Assembly: GCF_030013205.1 (NCBI RefSeq)
Contig: NZ_CP122648.1
From: Escherichia coli
Lineage (GTDB): Bacteria > Pseudomonadota > Gammaproteobacteria > Enterobacterales > Enterobacteriaceae
Reading direction: 5' to 3' (one strand)
DNA length: 64,000 nt
Part shown: positions 56,878 to 64,000 of the stretch, piece after piece
Layout of the letters: every line of letters begins with the position of its first letter
How positions within the stretch are numbered: position 1 is the stretch's first letter
The notes under the pieces: model-generated
What the model was told of the DNA's origin: nothing
Seen by the model: the letters and a program-made list of their open reading frames with translations, nothing else
The model's database searches: none
Made by a program: the position numbers and the translations under genes

Positions 56878-59800
56878 TTATTTCCGTACCCGATGTCGGT
56901 GTAGCCACATCAGCTTATACGCCGCCGGGATAATAAACAGCGACAGCAAAGGCGCGGTGATCATGCCGCCAATCATCGGCGCGGCAATCCGGCTCATCAC
57001 CTCTGATCCTGCCCCCGTTCCCCACAGAATCGGCAGCAGACCAGCGATAATCACCGCCACCGTCATCGCTTTCGGGCGCACGCGCAGTACCGCGCCGTGA
57101 TACAACGCCTCATCCAGCTTCTGCTCGCTGAATGTTTGCGGATTATTCAACGACGGCTCGGCCTCTATGGCGTGACGTAAATACATCAGCATCACCACGC
57201 CAAATTCGGCGGCAACCCCGGCAAGGGCAATAAAACCGGTGCCCGTCGCCACAGAAAGATGAAAGCCCATCCACCACAGCAACCAGATGCCGCCCACCAG
57301 CGCAAACGGTACGCTGCTGATAATCAGCAACGCTTCGCCCACCCGACGGAACGCCAGATACAACAGCACGAAGATGATCATCAACGTCATCGGCACCATG
57401 AGTTTCAGCTTATGGTTGGCGCGCTCCAGTAGCTCGAACTGCCCGGAGAATGCCACGCTGGTGCCCGGTTTTAACTGCACTTTTTCGGCAATCGCTTTTT
57501 GCAGATCGTGAACCACCGACACCATGTCACGATCGCGGGCATCGATATAAATCCAGCTCGTCGGGCGCGCATTCTCGGTTTTCAGCATCGACGGTCCGGT
57601 AGAGACTTTAACGTCGGCCACGTCTGCTAGGGTGATTTGCTGCTTCATCGGCGTCAGGATCGGCAACTGGCGCAGCGCCTGCGGACTATCGCGCCAGCTT
57701 TGCGGATAACGCAGATTAATTGGATAACGGGCAATCCCTTCCACCGTTTCGCCAACCATCGCCCCGCCCACCGCAGAAGTCACAAACAATTGCACATCCG
57801 CCACCGTCATACCGTAACGCGCGGCTTTTTCACGGTTAATCTCAACGTTGATATAGCGCCCACCTTCCAGACGCTCAGCAAGCGCAGAAGCCACGCCTGG
57901 CACCGTTCGCGCCACTTCTTCAATTTGCTCCGCCATCGCGTCGATATCCGCCAGCACAGTGCCGGAAACTTTAATGCCGATGGGGCTTTTAATGCCGGTT
58001 GAGAGCATATCGATACGGTTACGAATTGGCGGCACCCACAGATTCGCCAGCCCCGGCAGACGCACGGTGTTATCCAGTTCCTCAATGATTTTGTCCATCG
58101 TCATGCCTGGCCGCCACTGATCCTGCGGCTTAAGCTGGATGGTCGTTTCTACCATCTCCAGCGGAGCAGAATCGGTGGCGGTTTCCGCTTTCCCGGTTTT
58201 GCCAAATACCCGCGCCACTTCAGGTACGCTCATAATCAGCTTGTCGGTTTTTTGCAGCATACTCGCCGCCTCTGCTGCGGAAATCCCCGGCAGCGTCGAT
58301 GGCATATACAACAAGTCGCCTTCATTGATCTGCGGTAAAAATTCCCCGCCAACTTTATTGAGCGGCCAGAGAACCGTCAGCACCGAAAGCGCCGCCACCA
58401 GCAGCGTGGTTTTCGGCCAGTGCAGTACTTTCAGCAACAGCGGATGATAAACACGAATCAAAAAGCGATTGAGCGGGTTACTGCTTTCCGGCGGAATTTT
58501 GCCACGGATCCAGTAACCCATCAGGATAGGGATCACTACGATCGCCAGCAGCGCCGCACCCGCCATCGCATACGTTTTGGTGAACGCCAGCGGGCCAAAC
58601 AGACGCCCTTCCTGCCCTTCCAGGGTGAAGATCGGGATAAACGACAACGTGATAATCAGCAGACTGATAAACAGCGCCGGCCCCACTTCAACAGATGCAT
58701 CGGTGATCACCTGCCAGCGCGTTTTATTATCCAGCGTGGCGTCAGGATGCTGGTGCTGCCACTCTTCCAGCCGTTTATGTGCATTCTCGATCATGACGAT
58801 AGCGGCATCGACCATCGCCCCGACGGCAATCGCAATACCGCCCAGCGACATAATATTGGCGTTCAGTCCCTGAAAGTGCATGACAATAAAAGCAATACAC
58901 AACCCCAGCGGCAACGAAATAATCGCCACCAGCGCCGAGCGCACATGCCAGAGAAACAGCGCACAGACTACCGCCACCACAATAAACTCTTCCAGCAACT
59001 TGCCGCTGAGGTTGTCGATGGCGCGGTCAATGAGCTGGCTGCGATCGTATGTTGTAACTATCTCCACGCCTTCCGGCAGACTGCTTTTCAGCGTTTCCAG
59101 TTTGTCTTTCACGGCGGCGATCACTTCTCGGGCGTTTTTGCCGGAGCGCAGGATCACCACCCCGCCCGCCACTTCGCCTTCGCCGTTCAGTTCGGCAATG
59201 CCCCGGCGCATCTCCGGGCCAATCTGGACCTTCGCAACATCGCGCAGATAAACGGGCACGCCATTTTCACTGGCTTTTAAAACGATGTGATTAAAGTCGT
59301 CGAGCGTTTGCAGATAGCCGCTGGCGCGCACCATATATTCCGCTTCCGCCAGTTCGATCGACGAACCGCCCGCTTCCTGGTTTGAAGCATCCAGCGCGCT
59401 TTTTACTTCGGCGAGACTGATGCCATATTGCGCCAGGCGCTGGGGATCGATAACCACCTGATACTCTTTCACCACACCGCCCACCGACGCCACTTCCGCA
59501 ACGTCAGGGATGGTTTTTAGCTCATATTTGAGAAACCAGTCCTGCAATGAGCGTAAATCGGCCAGATCGTGCTTACCGCTGCGATCCACCAGTGCATATT
59601 CATAGATCCAGCCAACACCCGTGGCATCTGGCCCCAGCTCAGCGCTGACTCCCGCAGGCAGCTTACCCTGTACCTGGTTGAGGTACTCCAGCACCCGCGA
59701 GCGCGCCCAGTATGGATCGGTGCCATCTTCGAAAATGACATACACATAAGAGTCGCCAAACTGCGAGAAACCGCGCACAGTCTTCGCGCCAGGCACCGAC

Positions 59801-60021
59801 AACATAGTGGTGGTTAGCGGATAAGTCACCTGATTTTCAACGATTTGCGGTGCCTGACCGGGATAGCTGGTTTTAATAATCACCTGCACATCAGAGAGAT
59901 CCGGCAGTGCATCCACTGGCGTGTTAATGATGGTCCAGGTGCCCCAGATACTCAGAAACAACGCGCCCATCAGCACCAGAAAACGGTTCGCCACCGAGCG
60001 ACGAATAATCCATTCAATCAT
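56878..60021 (-). CDS. cusA: Cu(I)/Ag(I) RND efflux pump
   Basis: 1047-aa ORF; matches CusA. Confidence 0.97.
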   Translation of the reverse strand: MIEWIIRRSVANRFLVLMGALFLSIWGTWTIINTPVDALPDLSDVQVIIKTSYPGQAPQIVENQVTYPLTTTMLSVPGAKTVRGFSQFGDSYVYVIFEDGTDPYWARSRVLEYLNQVQGKLPAGVSAELGPDATGVGWIYEYALVDRSGKHDLADLRSLQDWFLKYELKTIPDVAEVASVGGVVKEYQVVIDPQRLAQYGISLAEVKSALDASNQEAGGSSIELAEAEYMVRASGYLQTLDDFNHIVLKASENGVPVYLRDVAKVQIGPEMRRGIAELNGEGEVAGGVVILRSGKNAREVIAAVKDKLETLKSSLPEGVEIVTTYDRSQLIDRAIDNLSGKLLEEFIVVAVVCALFLWHVRSALVAIISLPLGLCIAFIVMHFQGLNANIMSLGGIAIAVGAMVDAAIVMIENAHKRLEEWQHQHPDATLDNKTRWQVITDASVEVGPALFISLLIITLSFIPIFTLEGQEGRLFGPLAFTKTYAMAGAALLAIVVIPILMGYWIRGKIPPESSNPLNRFLIRVYHPLLLKVLHWPKTTLLVAALSVLTVLWPLNKVGGEFLPQINEGDLLYMPSTLPGISAAEAASMLQKTDKLIMSVPEVARVFGKTGKAETATDSAPLEMVETTIQLKPQDQWRPGMTMDKIIEELDNTVRLPGLANLWVPPIRNRIDMLSTGIKSPIGIKVSGTVLADIDAMAEQIEEVARTVPGVASALAERLEGGRYINVEINREKAARYGMTVADVQLFVTSAVGGAMVGETVEGIARYPINLRYPQSWRDSPQALRQLPILTPMKQQITLADVADVKVSTGPSMLKTENARPTSWIYIDARDRDMVSVVHDLQKAIAEKVQLKPGTSVAFSGQFELLERANHKLKLMVPMTLMIIFVLLYLAFRRVGEALLIISSVPFALVGGIWLLWWMGFHLSVATGTGFIALAGVAAEFGVVMLMYLRHAIEAEPSLNNPQTFSEQKLDEALYHGAVLRVRPKAMTVAVIIAGLLPILWGTGAGSEVMSRIAAPMIGGMITAPLLSLFIIPAAYKLMWLHRHRVRK

Positions 60022-60032
60022 TGGTTATTCCC

Positions 60033-61256
60033 TCAATGCGCATGGGTAGCACTTTCAGAGCGCATCCGCTCCAGTGCGCCAGAAATATTGGCTTCGGAAT
60101 CAATCAGGAACAGGCCGCTGGAAACCACCTTTTCACCTTCCGCCAGACCAGAGCGTAATGCGGTGACGCCTTGCGATGCCTGGAAAACGGCAACGCGTTT
60201 CGGTACAAAGCGCCCGTCGGCATCAACGGTAATCACCCGCTGTTCGCTGCCGGTATCAATCAGCGCTTGTGACGGAATGAGCAGCATCGGTTCGCTGGCG
60301 GTGTTGAGTTGCAACCAGGCGTTCATTCCCGGCTTTAGCGCCTCGTCGGTGTTGTCGACTTCCAGGCGCAGCTGCAGCGTGCGGGTTGCGGCATCCACGC
60401 CGGGTAGCAGCGTCCATTTGCGGATGGTGAGTGTTTTATCAGGTCGTGCCGGAACGGTGAGCGTAAACTGCGAGGCATCTTTCACCAGCCAGGCGATGGA
60501 CTCCGGGATCGCGGCAGTGATCCACACCGGATCCATACCCTGAATTTTCGCGACCACGTTATCTTTGGCGATATTCATTCCCGCGCGCAGATCAAACGCG
60601 GTGATCACGCCATCAATGGGCGCTTTGAGCGTAAAGCGAGTCTGGATTTTTTGCGTGGCGATCAGGCGGCGAATATCCGCCTCCGGCATTCCCGCCAGTC
60701 TCAGCCGCTCAAGAATGCCTTCAGTCTGGGTCGCCGTACCGCCAGTTTCGCGCAGCAGTAAATACTCACTCTGCGCTTCCACCCAGTCGGGAATGGTCAG
60801 GTCGAGAAGCGGCGCGCCCTTTTGTACTTTATCGCCCACGGTAAGCGGATACACCTTGTCGATAAACCCGGCGGCGCGGGCCTGCACAATGGCATACTGA
60901 TACTCGTTGTAACTGACATTCGCCGGGAAACTTTGGGCAAAAGTCAGCGGCCCGCGCGTGACGGTCGCCGTTTTCACCCCCAGATTCTGCGTCTGAGTCG
61001 GGTCAATGCGCACACCAGACGCAGAACTCTCTTCATCGGCATATTTCGGCACCAGATCCATATCCATAAACGGCGATTTACCTGGTTTATCGAACCGCGT
61101 ATTGGGATACATCGGGTCGTACCAGAATAAGATTTTACGTTCTGCGGTCGACGTTTTTTCTGCGGGCGGTTCCGCCTTTGCAAACCAGGTAAAACCTGCC
61201 GCAGAAATAATACCGCCCGCGATCATGCTGCCGATAATAAGCGCGATTTTTTTCAT
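60033..61256 (-). CDS. cusB: Cu/Ag efflux membrane fusion protein
   Basis: 407-aa ORF; matches CusB. Confidence 0.96.
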   Translation of the reverse strand: MKKIALIIGSMIAGGIISAAGFTWFAKAEPPAEKTSTAERKILFWYDPMYPNTRFDKPGKSPFMDMDLVPKYADEESSASGVRIDPTQTQNLGVKTATVTRGPLTFAQSFPANVSYNEYQYAIVQARAAGFIDKVYPLTVGDKVQKGAPLLDLTIPDWVEAQSEYLLLRETGGTATQTEGILERLRLAGMPEADIRRLIATQKIQTRFTLKAPIDGVITAFDLRAGMNIAKDNVVAKIQGMDPVWITAAIPESIAWLVKDASQFTLTVPARPDKTLTIRKWTLLPGVDAATRTLQLRLEVDNTDEALKPGMNAWLQLNTASEPMLLIPSQALIDTGSEQRVITVDADGRFVPKRVAVFQASQGVTALRSGLAEGEKVVSSGLFLIDSEANISGALERMRSESATHAH

Positions 61257-61271
61257 CTCATTAAACCTGGG

Positions 61272-61604
61272 TTACTGGCTGACTTTAATATCCTGTAATA
61301 AAGAAAGGTTGCCCTGCTGGACAAAATTAAACGCCACTTTGTCGCCGGTTTTTATTTCGCCCATCTTCGTCTGCGGGGTGATGGTAAAGCGCATGGTCAT
61401 CTCCGGCCAGTTCACGGCAGCAATCGGATCGTGATGGATAGTGATTTTTTTGCTTTCCAGATCAATACCTTTTACCACCCCTGTGGCACTAATGACCTGC
61501 GGTTGTGCTTCGCTCATGGTTTCATGATGATGTTCGTTAGCCTGGGCATTAAAGCCAATAACGGTAAACAGACTGAACATTGCGACTTGCAGTGCTTTTT
61601 TCAT
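61272..61604 (-). CDS. cusF: periplasmic Cu(I)/Ag(I) metallochaperone
   Basis: 110-aa ORF with signal peptide; matches CusF. Confidence 0.95.
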   Translation of the reverse strand: MKKALQVAMFSLFTVIGFNAQANEHHHETMSEAQPQVISATGVVKGIDLESKKITIHHDPIAAVNWPEMTMRFTITPQTKMGEIKTGDKVAFNFVQQGNLSLLQDIKVSQ

Positions 61605-61627
61605 TTATTCTCTCCTGGAGTTAAAAA

Positions 61628-63010
61628 TTATTGCTGCCAACCGCCACCAAGTGCGGTATATAAAGAAATTTCGTTAACCTGACGGGCATAATTCAGGTCA
61701 AGTAAAGTTTGTCGGGTTGCAAATAAAGAACGTTCGGCATCCAGCACTTCCAGATAACTGACTGCGCCGTGCTGATATAATGCCCGCGCCCGTTGCAAAG
61801 TAATTTGCAGCGATGCCAGATAACGCTGCTGGGCGCTAATTTGATCGTTCAGGCTTTGACGTAATGCCAGCGCATCTGCCACTTCTTTAAAGGCATTCTG
61901 GATTTTCTGTTCATAATTCACCACCGACTGCTGCTGGCGAATTTCGGCGATATCCAGATTGGCCTGGTTGCGTCCGGCATTAAAAATGGGGATCTCAATT
62001 TTGGGAATAAAATTCCACATCCCGCTGCTGGCGTTAAATAAGGACGACAGATCGCTGCTGGCGGTCGATATTCCGCTGGTCAGACTGATAGACGGGAAAA
62101 ATGCCGCGCGTGCAGCGCCAATATTGGCATTAGCCGCCATCAACGCGTGTTCAGCTTCCATAATATCCGGGCGCTGCAATAAGATTTGCGACGACAAGCC
62201 CGCCGGTAATTTAACGCTTTGCAGGCTGTCGCTGTTTACTGTTTGCGCTTGCGGCAGCTTGCCGTAGCTTCCCAGCAACAGTTGCAATGCATTATTCGCC
62301 TGCGCCAGTTCCCCCTGACGTTTAGCGATGTCGCTGCGGGTACTTTCTATCACCCCGCGAGCCTGTTCCAGCGCCAGAACATTGCTGCTACCGGTCAACA
62401 GTTGTTTTTCGACAAACGCATATGACTGCTGATAATTACGCAGCGTTTCTTCGGCTATTTGCAATTGCGCATACGCCAGTTGCTGATTGAAATAGCTTTG
62501 CGCGACATTAGAAACCAGCAGAATATGCACCGCGCGCTGGGCTTCCTCAGTGGCTAAATAATTTTGGCGCTCGGCTTCGCTCATGTTCTTTAAGCGACCG
62601 AAAAAATCGAGATCAAAGCTGGCGTTAAGGCCGGTCGAAAACTCCCGTGTCGTGGCGGTATTCCCTTTAAGATTACCGCTCCAGCTGCCGCTGCCCTCGC
62701 CATTGAGCTGTGGGTAGCGGTCGGCATCGGTCAGACGATATTGCGCCCGTGCCTCCTGCACTTTCAGCGTCGCCATGCGCAAATCCCGGTTATTCACCAG
62801 CGCCTCGCTAATCAGCGTCTTCACCTGATTATCAATAAAAAAGGTGCGCCAGCCCGCGTTCTGGTAGTTATCTGCTGCGTTAACCAGGCCGTTCTGGCTG
62901 AGTGAGAACTGCTTCGGTACGGGCATTGCCGGACGCTGATAATCCGGTGCCAATGAACAACCGGTTAGCGCAAGGGCCACACAAAATGGCAGAAGTTTAC
63001 AAGGAGACAT
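61628..63010 (-). CDS. cusC: Cu/Ag efflux outer-membrane factor (lipoprotein)
   Basis: 460 aa from internal ATG (MSPCKLLPFCVALALTGCSL..., lipobox); the track ORF starts 2 codons earlier at GTG. Confidence 0.93.
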   Translation of the reverse strand: MSPCKLLPFCVALALTGCSLAPDYQRPAMPVPKQFSLSQNGLVNAADNYQNAGWRTFFIDNQVKTLISEALVNNRDLRMATLKVQEARAQYRLTDADRYPQLNGEGSGSWSGNLKGNTATTREFSTGLNASFDLDFFGRLKNMSEAERQNYLATEEAQRAVHILLVSNVAQSYFNQQLAYAQLQIAEETLRNYQQSYAFVEKQLLTGSSNVLALEQARGVIESTRSDIAKRQGELAQANNALQLLLGSYGKLPQAQTVNSDSLQSVKLPAGLSSQILLQRPDIMEAEHALMAANANIGAARAAFFPSISLTSGISTASSDLSSLFNASSGMWNFIPKIEIPIFNAGRNQANLDIAEIRQQQSVVNYEQKIQNAFKEVADALALRQSLNDQISAQQRYLASLQITLQRARALYQHGAVSYLEVLDAERSLFATRQTLLDLNYARQVNEISLYTALGGGWQQ

Positions 63011-63079
63011 AGGCACATAATTTCTGGTGATTTTATGCCGCCAACTTTACCCGCCAGGCTCTGATTTTCCGGTGACAGG

Positions 63080-63101
63080 AAAATGACAAAATTGTCATTT
63101 T
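63080..63101. promoter_or_regulatory. CusR box in the cusC-cusR divergent promoter
   Basis: perfect inverted repeat AAAATGACAAAATTGTCATTTT. Confidence 0.8.
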
Positions 63102-63166
63102 ACCAATAAGCGATTGCCATCTGATCCCGCTACTCTAGAATTGCCCGGGCAACATGTGGAGGAAAT

Positions 63167-63850
63167 ATGAAACTGTTGATTGTCGAAGATGAAAAGAAAA
63201 CCGGAGAATACTTGACCAAAGGGTTAACCGAAGCCGGTTTTGTGGTCGATTTGGCCGACAACGGGCTGAATGGCTACCATCTGGCGATGACCGGAGATTA
63301 TGATCTGATAATCCTCGATATTATGCTGCCGGACGTGAACGGCTGGGATATCGTGCGCATGTTGCGTTCCGCCAATAAAGGGATGCCGATTCTGTTGCTT
63401 ACCGCGCTTGGTACCATTGAACATCGCGTCAAGGGGCTGGAGTTGGGGGCGGATGACTATCTGGTGAAGCCGTTCGCTTTTGCTGAACTGCTGGCGCGGG
63501 TGCGCACTCTACTGCGGCGCGGGGCGGCGGTAATTATCGAAAGTCAGTTTCAGGTTGCCGATCTGATGGTCGATCTCGTCAGCCGCAAAGTCACCCGCAG
63601 CGGCACGCGCATCACTCTGACCAGTAAAGAATTTACTCTGCTGGAGTTTTTCCTCCGCCATCAAGGCGAAGTGCTGCCCCGCTCGCTTATCGCCTCGCAG
63701 GTGTGGGACATGAATTTCGACAGCGATACCAACGCCATTGATGTGGCAGTGAAGCGGCTGCGCGGCAAAATCGACAACGACTTTGAGCCGAAGCTGATTC
63801 AAACCGTGCGCGGCGTGGGTTACATGCTTGAGGTGCCGGATGGTCAGTAA
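63167..63850 (+). CDS. cusR: copper-responsive response regulator (OmpR family)
   Basis: 227-aa ORF; matches CusR. Confidence 0.96.
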
Positions 63851-64000
63851 GCCATTTCAGCGCCCGTTTTCGCTGGCAACCCGCCTGACCTTTTTTATCA
63901 GCCTGGCCACCATCGCGGCGTTTTTCGCCTTTGCCTGGATCATGATTCACTCGGTAAAAGTGCATTTTGCTGAGCAGGATATTAATGATTTAAAAGAGAT
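63840..64000 (+). CDS. cusS: copper-sensing histidine kinase, 5' partial (runs off the window)
   Basis: ATG overlaps the cusR end; reads [31 protein letters not shown]... Confidence 0.9.

Overview
This window is a syntenic stretch of Escherichia coli core chromosome, identified by recall of the protein sequences in the ORF track; no database search was run. It is in reverse orientation relative to the K-12 map as I remember it, running from lipA to the start of cusS. In order it carries lipA, tatE, ybeM, crcB, cspE, pagP, dcuC, the dpiBA two-component system, the citrate-lyase operon citCDEFXG-citT, rna, rnk, uspG, ahpCF, dsbG, ybdO-ybdN-ybdM, ybdL, ybdH, ybdD-cstA, the complete enterobactin synthesis and ferric-enterobactin uptake cluster (entH through entD), ybdK, ybdJ, ybdF, nfsB, ybdG, pheP, cusCFBA and cusR. 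Almost every sizeable ORF is a known gene, and I found no strong evidence for a wholly new multi-gene system. The strain is not K-12-like in four places: an IS200 copy sits between the convergent uspG and ahpF terminators; ybdR is missing between rnk and uspG; ybeM is intact; and there are two diverged tandem hok/sok-type toxin loci between entD and ybdK. The least-characterised module is ybdO-ybdN-ybdM (AT-rich LysR regulator, PP-loop PAPS-reductase-like protein, DGxHR ParB-like protein). Motif and repeat coordinates are approximate to within a few bases. The ORF track uses alternative start codons, so CDS starts were set from remembered protein N-termini and codon arithmetic.
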